From positions 416,001-480,000 of the forward strand of contig CM000207.1 of the NCBI GenBank assembly GCA_000002445.1: a stretch of DNA of 64,000 bases, read 5' to 3'. The notes beneath the pieces are model-generated. The model made no database searches. It was not told the origin of the DNA and was given only the letters and a program-made list of their open reading frames with translations. Position 1 is the first letter of the stretch, and each line of letters begins with the position of its first letter. The DNA comes from Trypanosoma brucei. Lineage: Eukaryota. Made by a program: the position numbers and the translations under genes. Positions 52,296 to 61,522 of this stretch are shown here, in pieces.

Positions 52296-53702
52296 TTACC
52301 GGGCATCCTCTTCCCTTGTGCGCTTTGCCGTTCTCCCACTCTCGTTCCATTGCATCGCCCTCTCTGCGCTGCGTCGACGCCGTTGCAAGAATTCAAAGCT
52401 CCTTTCCCACACCTTCTCCAACTCCAACCGATGCCGCTGAAAGCCAACCCTCGCCAGCTCCAGTGATTCGTCGGTATTCCCTAACCAATACTCCCTGGAA
52501 CCCTCTGTGAGAAGTTTCAGCAGGCGGTCCCAAGCCTCACAGGTGCCCATCGTGCGGGTTACGCGTACTCCCGTCAGAAGAACATAGACGGGAGTTTTGG
52601 CTGCGTGCATTGTCTCCATAATGTGAATAGAACCAGCAACTAATGGGCGGAGGTGTGCAAGTAGGATAGGAAAGCTCGCGCACTCCGGACGACCAAAGAC
52701 AAACATGATTACTCCGCCATCACGAACATGTTTGACAGCGATCTGCAGCTGCGGAACAAGGAAACTAAACCATGGCAACACAGGATGCCCGTCATTCGTG
52801 GGTAGTTCACCGCTGTCGCCACTCGTTTCTTCCTCGCGCTGACCGTAGTCCTGCACGGCACCCCCGTTGACGAAGTAAAAATCCCTTCCCTTGATCGCAC
52901 GGTGCTGTTGCCAGTCCTCCTCCAGTATACTCCCTTCAATTAACTCGAAGCGTCCCTTTGATGTGGGAAAATTTCTCCATGAGGAATCGAAGGCAATCCC
53001 ACCACGGTCAACAGGAAGCGAAACGCCTATCCCAGACCATCGAAGTTCTGTCACAAGGTACTTCGAAACCCCTCCGGGTGCGCATCCAAGATCAAGGAAC
53101 GTAGGTGCCGCCGTGGCATCTCCCGCTGACTGCTGCGTCGGGCGAGAGAGTGCTGGAGGAGCGGTACAGAAGTATTCCGGCGCCACTGTGCGTAAGACAC
53201 GCTTCGCATGATCACAGTACCGCTGGCAGAGTTTACTAACATCGGTTCTCGCAAAGGAGGTAACCGGTGCCACATGTGTGCCGCTGCTCGCCTTCTTGGA
53301 GTCCTCCTCAGGCCCGCCTTGGGTTGAGTGCCTTTGACGTCGCTGATACCACATATCCAGTGCCTCAGACCTCCAACCCTCGTCGCGTTCGGCAATGAGC
53401 GCGCGGTACGCAGTGGACACGGTCAGAAGATAATCCCTCCATCGGCAGCACCGACTACTACCACTGTTAACAACGGGAGCAGAGTTGAGATTCATGGTTT
53501 GCCCATTTTTTTCAAGAACAACGTTATCGGGGGTTTCCATCCAGTGGTACCTCAACCACTTTCCTTCCCTTCCTATAGTGTTTGCAGTCGGTGGTGAACA
53601 CGCTAAAGGATTCCACAGAGGAGGTGTGTGTGTTCGAGTGGGGAGTGGGGCAGGCACCCAACCGAAAAGAGGCACTGCGGATAGAATAGGGTGCACGTCC
53701 AT
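52296..53702 (-). CDS. FtsJ/RrmJ-like S-adenosylmethionine-dependent RNA 2'-O-ribose methyltransferase domain protein, possibly a cap-modifying MTase. The start is uncertain: the tracked ORF runs to 53879 but overlaps the upstream gene, so MDVHPIL (53702) or METPDNVV (about 53543) are candidate starts.
   Basis: The SAM-binding motif I reads FLDLGCAPGGVSKYL (FtsJ consensus DLGAAPGGW), with the MTase core located in the C-terminal half. The first 21 codons of the tracked ORF overlap the 3' end of the twin-Cx9C gene. Confidence 0.65.
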   Translation of the reverse strand: MDVHPILSAVPLFGWVPAPLPTRTHTPPLWNPLACSPPTANTIGREGKWLRYHWMETPDNVVLEKNGQTMNLNSAPVVNSGSSRCCRWRDYLLTVSTAYRALIAERDEGWRSEALDMWYQRRQRHSTQGGPEEDSKKASSGTHVAPVTSFARTDVSKLCQRYCDHAKRVLRTVAPEYFCTAPPALSRPTQQSAGDATAAPTFLDLGCAPGGVSKYLVTELRWSGIGVSLPVDRGGIAFDSSWRNFPTSKGRFELIEGSILEEDWQQHRAIKGRDFYFVNGGAVQDYGQREEETSGDSGELPTNDGHPVLPWFSFLVPQLQIAVKHVRDGGVIMFVFGRPECASFPILLAHLRPLVAGSIHIMETMHAAKTPVYVLLTGVRVTRTMGTCEAWDRLLKLLTEGSREYWLGNTDESLELARVGFQRHRLELEKVWERSFEFLQRRRRSAERAMQWNESGRTAKRTREEDAR

Positions 53703-53814
53703 CGTCGCACAACTGCAACAGGATGAGGGAAAGCAACGGAAGGAGTTCTTCGGATGTTGTGAGTTAACGTTACAGTTCGTTCGCTGAGAAAAACATCTCC
53801 ACTGACTCATTATT

Positions 53815-54156
53815 TCAGTTCGCTTCGGGATTCTTCTTACTCCTCTCGATATTGTAAATGTATAATTTCTTGAGGGCACCGTCGGTGCACTGACCGAAGG
53901 CTACGTTCTCCTGAAAGCAGTCCGTTGCCCACCGCTCCCCGGCCTTTTCTTGACATTTCACACCAGTGTTGTACTCTTTTGAACAGAACACCTCCGCGAT
54001 GCCCAACAAGTAGGCGCCCTTCTGCCTTTGGCATACAAAGTTGATATCATCGTTAACACGTGACTGGAGGCATTGTTCAAGGTCGCGGCGCTGCTGATCG
54101 TACGTCTGGGAGAACTTGTCTGCTAGTTGGTTAAATTCCTTTGTATTGCGTGACAT
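53815..54156 (-). CDS. Small twin-Cx9C (CHCH-domain-like) protein of 113 aa, probably mitochondrial intermembrane-space.
   Basis: Cysteine spacing in VFCSKEYNTGVKCQEKAGERWATDCFQENVAFGQC is C-x9-C, then x11, then C-x9-C. A purine-rich tract lies upstream at 54157-54250. Confidence 0.6.
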   Translation of the reverse strand: MSRNTKEFNQLADKFSQTYDQQRRDLEQCLQSRVNDDINFVCQRQKGAYLLGIAEVFCSKEYNTGVKCQEKAGERWATDCFQENVAFGQCTDGALKKLYIYNIERSKKNPEAN

Positions 54157-54652
54157 TCCCGCCCATTCATTTAAATAGGAAACGAATCGGTCCGATAAAA
54201 GTCAAATAAGTAAATTGAATGAACGAACGATTTATCGCGTCACTCCTGCTCACCTCACCACGCAGTGAAGGTGGTTCTTTGGTCTAAGTATGGGAAATGG
54301 GTGAAATACAGAAAGCACGCATAACAGTACACGGAAGGAGAACGAAGGTTGCTTGAAATGGTACAATGATGTTGCAGTTAAAGTGGTTACGCGTGAAGTC
54401 GATCAAGGAAGTAGGGAATCACGTACGAGAAAGCATAAGGCATTATTTTCGCTTCCCCCTTCACCATCCTCTCATTGAGAGTTTACTTGCTTACGTTAGG
54501 TTTAATCGCCAATTCTTACACACAACGGAAATGCATGCTTGGAGCACCCAAGCTGGCCCCGCGTTGTGCTCCAAAGGGACCTGAAAACACATAACAGCCG
54601 CTACACCGCAATTTTTGCGCGCCACAACGTAGTCCTCTGGATTCCTCACTGA

Positions 54653-55483
54653 CTAGCGATGTCTTTCCAAGAACATGCGCACGCCAGACGTCCCTATCAG
54701 CCTACCAGAAAGGACAGCACGCGCGTTCTGAGCACTCCCCTCATCCACAAAGGAAGCCAATACTCGTTCTTCCAAATCCACGGCGCCGTTATTTCCATTG
54801 GTCGCTTCGTTGAAAGAGGGGTCGAGCGGAAAGGACCTGTTGCTATCAATTTCGCTATCCACGCTTTCCCTTTCGGTGGGCACACTTACGGGGGTGGCGA
54901 TTACAGTGTCCTCAACATCCACTAGTGAAAGAAATCCCTTTGCTCCATTCAATGCTCGGAGTACAAGCGTGCGCGGTGCAGGAGGGACCAGCAGAACATC
55001 AACTAGACATGCCTCTTTCGAACATTGTGTTTCCTTTAATGGAAATATCTCAACCTTCCACTGGCGGCCGCATACCACAGTGTTCTGCAACCGGTCACGC
55101 ATGGCTATGGCTGCTCCCTTGTTCTGCACCTCAAATGTGAGCGTCGCGCCATCTGCCTCCTCCATTATACCCGCCTCCGATATGAACTTGCTTTGAGTTG
55201 GCAGCATGCGCCGGACCATGTGAGTATAAATAGTGTCCATCCTAGTTTGCAAATCGGAGGCGATGAATGAACCGTGGAGGATGTCCGCGTCTGGGGGCTC
55301 ACGTTCTCTTTTGCAGGGACACTTCCTTATACCTTTGGGTTGTTCGACAGAACTGGCGCATTGTTTTCCATCTTCCCGATGTCCGCTACTGTGATCCTCA
55401 CGCTCCAGTTTTTCCATGTTGTGTTTGCCTCTCCTTTTTTCAGGCGAGCCTTTGATACTGTGAATTCGTTCACCACGGGGCAT
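54653..55483 (-). CDS. Hypothetical protein with two RRM-like segments (a possible RNA-binding protein). The start is reassigned to MPRGERIHS, because the tracked ORF's first 74 codons run through a poly-pyrimidine flank.
   Basis: The segments ATLTFEVQNKGAAIAMRDRLQNTVVCGRQWKVEIFP and ERVLASFVDEGSAQNARAVLSGRLIGTSGVRMFLE resemble the RNP2...RNP1 beta-alpha-beta layout of RRMs. The ATG is at 55481-55483 on the reverse strand. A purine-rich tract lies upstream at 55620-55710. Confidence 0.45.
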   Translation of the reverse strand: MPRGERIHSIKGSPEKRRGKHNMEKLEREDHSSGHREDGKQCASSVEQPKGIRKCPCKREREPPDADILHGSFIASDLQTRMDTIYTHMVRRMLPTQSKFISEAGIMEEADGATLTFEVQNKGAAIAMRDRLQNTVVCGRQWKVEIFPLKETQCSKEACLVDVLLVPPAPRTLVLRALNGAKGFLSLVDVEDTVIATPVSVPTERESVDSEIDSNRSFPLDPSFNEATNGNNGAVDLEERVLASFVDEGSAQNARAVLSGRLIGTSGVRMFLERHR

Positions 55484-56128
55484 TTCCGACGAGAATACTT
55501 CAGTTGGGTGACAAAGGTTATTCGTTGAGAGGAATTGATGCGCACTCTCCCTGCACGTTATTCTGGCCTTTTTGTCTGGGTGTGCGTGCGGAGCCGCTTC
55601 ACACGATCTGTGTACAACTACAGCAAACAAATAGATGGGTATTGATAGGAAAGAAAGCGGCGGTATTGGAACCAACAATGCCCACAAAAAGAAAAAAAAA
55701 AACACCGCCTACGGCGGTTTGTGGAGAACAAATAGCGTAGTAACACTAGGATGGAAGCGGAGCACATCCGCAGGGTGTAAAAACGGACAAAAAAACGATG
55801 ATCAGCATCTTCTTCCGTCATATGTGAGGTGTGTTTTCCCATTTTTTTTCTTTTGTGTGTGCGAAAAGAAAGAGGAGAGGGGGAAGAAGTTTCATCACTC
55901 TAGCTAGAGACTATTCCTCCCCCCGTTCAATTCGTACAACTTAGTTTATTCCTACCCCCACCCACTTCGTCTCTGATGGACCAGCGATGCGTCCACCAAT
56001 AAAAGCTCGCGGAGTACAGAGGAGTACGCTTTTTCTATGATGAGCAGGAATACATGGAATAAGTAACGTCACCAACAGCGCGGTTGCAAACGTCGTTTGT
56101 GTGCTTCTTCCATCCTTTTTTTCTTTGT

Positions 56129-59100
56129 TTACTTCTTTTCATCTCCCCCACTTAGTCGCTTTGTCAGTTGTTGTTGTTGCTGCTGCTGTTGCTGCTGCAG
56201 CACCCACGAAGTGGTGATACACCATTTCCCCAGCATATAGTTGTGAAAGGCTGTAGGGCTCACATCTGGGTGTTGCTTTTGCTGTGGTTGCTGCTGCGGT
56301 GAGGAAAAGGAAACGTGTGACCCCTTTATGTTGAATGAATTTGCACTCGCCTCATTTGCGGCTGCGCCTCCACAAACTTCTTGATTGGCGGCTCCCACAA
56401 AACAATCCCGACTACCTGGTTGTTTAGCGCCCGTACCCCCTGCATCGGTGAAGAATGGTAATGTCTCATTTGTAACGAACGGCATTACGCACTCCACCAT
56501 CCTGTTGTCTTGTCGCATGTGTTTCATTAGTGTGACACACCACACATCCGTAGCCAACCGGCACTCCCTATTTAAGTTCCAGAAGGCCTGCATGAGCTCA
56601 CTGAGCAGTTCGTGCTGTCTGGAGTGGGATATACAATCGCCATTTCCTGTGGACCCTGTTTCATACGGTGGTGAAATCTGACGGCAAGAGCTCGGGCAAG
56701 TTCTGCCACCAAGTGTTCCTTTTTTGGGGGTTTCTGCTTCTAAAGGCTCCACATAGCCGCATGCCTCTAATGCCAAACTTAATGCGCCAATAAAAAAGGG
56801 TTGAGGCGAGTGAAACGAACCCCCTTCAGTCTCACTGCTGTCACTCCCGTCTTTTGTAGTGTGGGACTCATCCACACCCGTAGTTGCCGTTGTTTGTGTG
56901 TCGTAATAATCGTCCGTGTTCCTTTCATCCTCTTCTCCAGACGCCATCGGGACTGGATGGGTTTTTGGCAGCCCAACCCTACCGCGGCCTCCACTCTTAC
57001 GTTTCCTTCTGCCATTGCTGCCACCACTCCCGCGGCTGCTGCCCCTACTGCTGATTCTTGTGGGTGACGCCACTTCATGCCGTTCAGAAGTTTGTTTCCC
57101 CACCCTTTCCTGTGCTTGTTTTTCCCCCATCATGCTCAAGCTACAAATTTCCTTCCTGTTATTATTAAGAGAAGGGATGGAGTCACCGCATCCCGACAAA
57201 GAGTTAACGGTGTTCGAGTGCTGACAGCGAGAATACCACTCCTCCGCTAATTCATGATACTCCAGCATAATGTCGACAAAAGCACGATGACAGGGACGTT
57301 TCAGAGAGATGTCGGCGGCACCACTGCCGGTCTGCTGCGGTTTTTGTGACGCTGCCGCCGTCGGTGTTTGCCTTCCTTCCTCTCCGCTTTTATCAAGTAA
57401 TGCGCAGTCGAACCATTTGTCCAGTAACAGCTCTTTAGCACTTGGTCGCCCCGTCTCTGCCGCGCATACGCAGCGCTGCACAAAGGAGGCGAAACTTAGC
57501 GACCACCTCCCCCTCCGTAACCGTGGGAGAGGTCTGTGATGAAGCCGCATCCACCATGGACACGCACCGTCAGCAAGGTGAATGGCAAGTAAGCCAAGCA
57601 TCCAAATGTCGTGCGCGGGTGTGAGAGGGCATCTGGGGTTGTGTGTGTTATGTGTTGCTCGAATCCTTGGACCAGTGGTGTTGAATGCAGCTTTTTTGCT
57701 TGTATTACTCCCGTCTCCATGGGAGGGACGAAGCTTTGAAGTTGGGATCGGGTCGTTATGTGAAGAGGAATCGATGCTTCCACTGTTACCGGTAGAGTTG
57801 ATTGTATTCTCCTCTGTAATGCACTCTGGTGGGGGCAAATACTCTTGTTCCTTAACAGTAAATAAGTGGAGCGCATCCATCGTTGGCGAGTTTCTGAAAC
57901 CCTCGACTGCTTTCAGTGGTAGAGGGTATGCGCTTGAGTAGCAGGAACTTCCACGCAATTGCTCGCAATAACCGCGCGGTCCACTGACCGTTTCTTCACG
58001 GTCTACGCTGTTGCAACATTTTGCGAAAGTGCTAAACAGAGCTTGCTCAACCCTTCCGTAGTATCCGTCGGAAAGAATGACATGGTTAGAAAGCTCTAGC
58101 ATAGCGTCGTTATCCTCTGAATTCGAAATGACTTCTGCAGACGCCCTAGCAGAGGTTGCAGCCTCGTCAAATATTACGGCTGAGCTCCTTCCACTGCTGC
58201 TTCTGGAATGTGTGTGTCTGACGGTAACACTACTATAACGCCTCGTGCCACTGTTTCCCAGTTCGGCGGTTATTGAGGAGGTGAGGGTGCATCCCTTTGG
58301 AGTTAGCGGGGCAACACCATCTTCATTTGCCGCCGCGACAGCTTCCACGACGTGAGAAGTGAGAAAGATGTTTGTTGCCTTCACACTTCCATGCGCTCTG
58401 CCCATGGCGTGAAGAGTCGCAAGTTGTCTTAAAACACTACGGATAATGTTTCGAATAACCACCTCACGGAGCACGTTAGATGGTTGGTTGGTGATCGACC
58501 AGTTAAGAAAAACATCATACACATTTCCTTGCGGAACGAGTGGCAAGGATAACGCAATGGCAAATTGGGGAACCGTTTTTCCTTCTTGTGGCACAGGTGC
58601 ACCGGGTAGGTCACCCCTTGTGGCACTTGGCGTTGTGGTGTCGTGCGCAGGACCAGTTGTACCAATTTTGAAAGTGGAAGCCGTGGTGCCAGTATGCAGT
58701 CGGTCCACAACGGCCCCTTTGCCGTAGTCGAGAGAACTGGGGTAACTTGTACTTTTACTCCTATCCTTTGTACGCGGTACCGAATCGTTGGATGGTCTGC
58801 GAACTCCGGTGGCACCCTTTTTCACGGCTTGGAGCGAGATACCAGATTTGCAAGTCGTATCAGAACTTGGGTTAATGTTTGTCGTCGGAGCCCTGTTGAC
58901 TGAACTTTTCTGTTTTAAGGATGTGCTGAAAGCCTTGGATGCCTTGTTCCCAAAACGAGTAACAGGTTCGGCCTTCACCGTTGGTCCTTGTGGGCATGCA
59001 TCTTCTTTGGTCACCGAAGTTTTGATTTCACCAAGAGAAAAAACCGAGAGACCCAGAATGGGCATCTGACCGCTCAGTATGTTACTGTCCAATCCATCAC

Positions 59101-60466
59101 TTTCCTTGGGTCCGCTTTTCTCGTTGGGAATTGTAGTGGAAAAAGTAAAGTCCCCAATGTCGCCGTCGACTGACGTGGTTACGCCCGCTTGGTATTGGAC
59201 GGTCGGACCCGGTTGGCTGGAAAAACTGCCCCCCGGGCTGTATCCCCTCGCGCCACTTATCACTGATTCCTTCCCACCTCCCACACTCATTTGGTTTCGC
59301 ACGTTCGCGCAACTGTTATTACTAGCAGTGTCTGACACTCTCATCGAAAGCGCAGAAAGTGGCGAGGCCACCACGTCATGTGCCATTTCTCTTGTTACCG
59401 CTAAGCCAACCCGACGTGAAGTTGCCTGGGGACTTACAAAGAACTCCGCGCCCCCAATTTCGCCAATCCTCTTATTGGTCTTCACTAAAGTGTCCACAGA
59501 GTTCATGCCAGTTCCATTCGCCTCTGCAGAAGCTAGTGTAATCCCCTCTCTGCTGCAATGAGTAGTAGATTCCGGTGAAAGGAGGATTTCCTTTAGTTGG
59601 AGTTCCAGTAACTGAGGAAAATCAGCTGGCAAGTTTCCAAAGGCCAGTTCTTCTCCCTCTTGCAAACCGCCACTATTGCGGAGTGGGCTCCCGGGGTCGC
59701 AGCCACCACTGCAACGGTCACGTTGAGGCGTGGGTGAAACTGCCGCACTGTCTGTGCGTGAATTAGGATTAGTTACCACCACTGTCCCATTAAGGGTATC
59801 AGAGAGCTTAGAGAGTCGATGTAACAGGACACCATCAACTACAAATACCCGCACGACACAAGCGGTGTGATTCTTGCACAAAGTACCACGTACAATCCTG
59901 CTTCCACGCCGCACGTTCCGTTGATAATCGGTACCACAAGGCGCATGGGTCTCATTCGGGACTGGAGGCTCGCTCGCGAGACTCGGGTAAATTCCTACGC
60001 TGTTGGTTTGGTGCAGAGGTGGTGGTCGCAGATTTAGATTTGCATATGGAGAAGGCTGCAGAGTCTCACTGTGGGAGGGTCTCGCGAACGTTGCCTTCTC
60101 GGGTGAGCCATTACTCCAGCACTGACGGGTCACGTTCCGCACAATAGACGGGAGACGTTCCTGAGGCCGACGTTTGTTAATTTCCACACCAGCGTAAGCT
60201 TCGTCAAAGATGCGACAGAAAAAACCATTACCCATGCACACCTTCTCCTTCTCCACTGGTGTGGACACGCACTGCTGGTGTTCGGCTACAGACGAAGAAA
60301 ATGTTACCTGTGCTTTGAAAGAACTCGAGAATTGTGGGAGTTGGCGCGGCCGCTGTTTTCGAGGGCCCTTCCCTATTTTCCGCTGCATTTTACTGTTAGT
60401 CAACATCAAGCAGCCAGGATACCCTCCCACAAATCGGGACGAGCTCACAACAACACTAGTCCACAA
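56129..60466 (-). CDS. Large kinase-like protein of 1445 aa. It is a probable pseudokinase, with HGS replacing HRD in the catalytic loop, a very long insert before the subdomain IX-XI region, and a C-terminal polyQ.
   Basis: The catalytic-loop-like segment reads LHAMGRAHGSVKATNIFL (an HRDLKPENIL-like context with Asp changed to Ser). A later clear C-lobe reads HDIWMLGLLAIHLADGACPW...RPSAKELLLDKWF. No obvious GxGxxG/VAIK is seen upstream. The polyQ QQQQQQQQQQQ lies at the C-terminus (CAG/CAA run at 56165-56215). Confidence 0.65.
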   Translation of the reverse strand: MWTSVVVSSSRFVGGYPGCLMLTNSKMQRKIGKGPRKQRPRQLPQFSSSFKAQVTFSSSVAEHQQCVSTPVEKEKVCMGNGFFCRIFDEAYAGVEINKRRPQERLPSIVRNVTRQCWSNGSPEKATFARPSHSETLQPSPYANLNLRPPPLHQTNSVGIYPSLASEPPVPNETHAPCGTDYQRNVRRGSRIVRGTLCKNHTACVVRVFVVDGVLLHRLSKLSDTLNGTVVVTNPNSRTDSAAVSPTPQRDRCSGGCDPGSPLRNSGGLQEGEELAFGNLPADFPQLLELQLKEILLSPESTTHCSREGITLASAEANGTGMNSVDTLVKTNKRIGEIGGAEFFVSPQATSRRVGLAVTREMAHDVVASPLSALSMRVSDTASNNSCANVRNQMSVGGGKESVISGARGYSPGGSFSSQPGPTVQYQAGVTTSVDGDIGDFTFSTTIPNEKSGPKESDGLDSNILSGQMPILGLSVFSLGEIKTSVTKEDACPQGPTVKAEPVTRFGNKASKAFSTSLKQKSSVNRAPTTNINPSSDTTCKSGISLQAVKKGATGVRRPSNDSVPRTKDRSKSTSYPSSLDYGKGAVVDRLHTGTTASTFKIGTTGPAHDTTTPSATRGDLPGAPVPQEGKTVPQFAIALSLPLVPQGNVYDVFLNWSITNQPSNVLREVVIRNIIRSVLRQLATLHAMGRAHGSVKATNIFLTSHVVEAVAAANEDGVAPLTPKGCTLTSSITAELGNSGTRRYSSVTVRHTHSRSSSGRSSAVIFDEAATSARASAEVISNSEDNDAMLELSNHVILSDGYYGRVEQALFSTFAKCCNSVDREETVSGPRGYCEQLRGSSCYSSAYPLPLKAVEGFRNSPTMDALHLFTVKEQEYLPPPECITEENTINSTGNSGSIDSSSHNDPIPTSKLRPSHGDGSNTSKKAAFNTTGPRIRATHNTHNPRCPLTPAHDIWMLGLLAIHLADGACPWWMRLHHRPLPRLRRGRWSLSFASFVQRCVCAAETGRPSAKELLLDKWFDCALLDKSGEEGRQTPTAAASQKPQQTGSGAADISLKRPCHRAFVDIMLEYHELAEEWYSRCQHSNTVNSLSGCGDSIPSLNNNRKEICSLSMMGEKQAQERVGKQTSERHEVASPTRISSRGSSRGSGGSNGRRKRKSGGRGRVGLPKTHPVPMASGEEDERNTDDYYDTQTTATTGVDESHTTKDGSDSSETEGGSFHSPQPFFIGALSLALEACGYVEPLEAETPKKGTLGGRTCPSSCRQISPPYETGSTGNGDCISHSRQHELLSELMQAFWNLNRECRLATDVWCVTLMKHMRQDNRMVECVMPFVTNETLPFFTDAGGTGAKQPGSRDCFVGAANQEVCGGAAANEASANSFNIKGSHVSFSSPQQQPQQKQHPDVSPTAFHNYMLGKWCITTSWVLQQQQQQQQQQLTKRLSGGDEKK

Positions 60467-60676
60467 AAACGGCAGTCAGCGGAAAGAAGTCAACGGGGTA
60501 GAGCACAAAAGAAACACTTAACTAGTGACAGGGATGGTAAAAGGAATGCATAACACCGGCGATGGAAAGACAACCGAAGAGATCAACGATAGTAGCAATC
60601 AGGGTTAAAAAAAAAAAAGAGGTGTGGGTGCGGCACCCTTTTTTTTTGTACTACTTGAGGCCCTGTTGTACGCACA

Positions 60677-60695
60677 AATATATATATATATATAT
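60677..60695. repeat. (TA)n microsatellite upstream of the kinase-like gene.
   Basis: The tract atatatatatatatatata is read directly. Confidence 0.9.
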
Positions 60696-61522
60696 TTGTG
60701 CAAGCTTATCATCGCCACCTCATACCCTTCGGAGAGAACTGACAGTCTACCTCACAACCGTGCTGAAACAAATGCGTGGACCGCTATCCCGTCCCCATTC
60801 TCGCCTCATTCCAATCGTTTCAACTCTCTTCCCTCTTCAAAATGCATGAAAGCAACAAACCAAAGCAAATGTGAGAAATTATTGGAAAAAAAAAAGGGAA
60901 AAGAAAGGAGGCCTTTGGGTGAAGCGAAAATAACATTAAAAAGAGATTGATGGGAACTAATGCGACTCAAACTTCCGGGGTGTGTCGCCGCGGTCAGTTA
61001 ATAATATACCGCCTTTTATGTACTGCCTTCTCACCGGTGGACAAAAGGAAGCAACCGAGATGAGGGAACAGCACCAAAAGACAAAAGACAAAAAGAGAAA
61101 AGCTGCGTCGGCATACACTAGATAAAGAGGGAAAAAAACATTGAAAAGGGGAAAACAAGTGCGATCAAGGAGGCAAAAAAAGAAAAATAAAGGAAAATCA
61201 TCGAACTGGGCAACAAAAAAAAAACGCCATCCGACCCTAGTACAAGAACTAAGCAAACAAAGAGAAAGGGTGAGCGACAACGACAGCAAAGATACTATAA
61301 ACGATTGACGCACATATACACATACATCGAACGTGCTAGCAAGACCTACGCCGTAACAAAAAAAACATGTTAACTCGAAAATTAAGCGAGGACTCTCTTT
61401 CTCCTCTTTTCACCACTCAGAGGTTATAAATAACCGCACAACTGCATCTCCCCCCTTTCGTCGTTTCGCATCCACACAAGTGATTCCCGTTCATTCCGGC
61501 ACTTTCACTACTACTGACTCCG

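Noticed and set aside
51359-52350. Two minus-strand ORFs (139 and 119 aa) between the giant gene and the methyltransferase gene
   Set aside because: They lie in what should be the 5' flank and polypyrimidine region of the giant gene. They have no motifs and low-complexity starts (FFFH).
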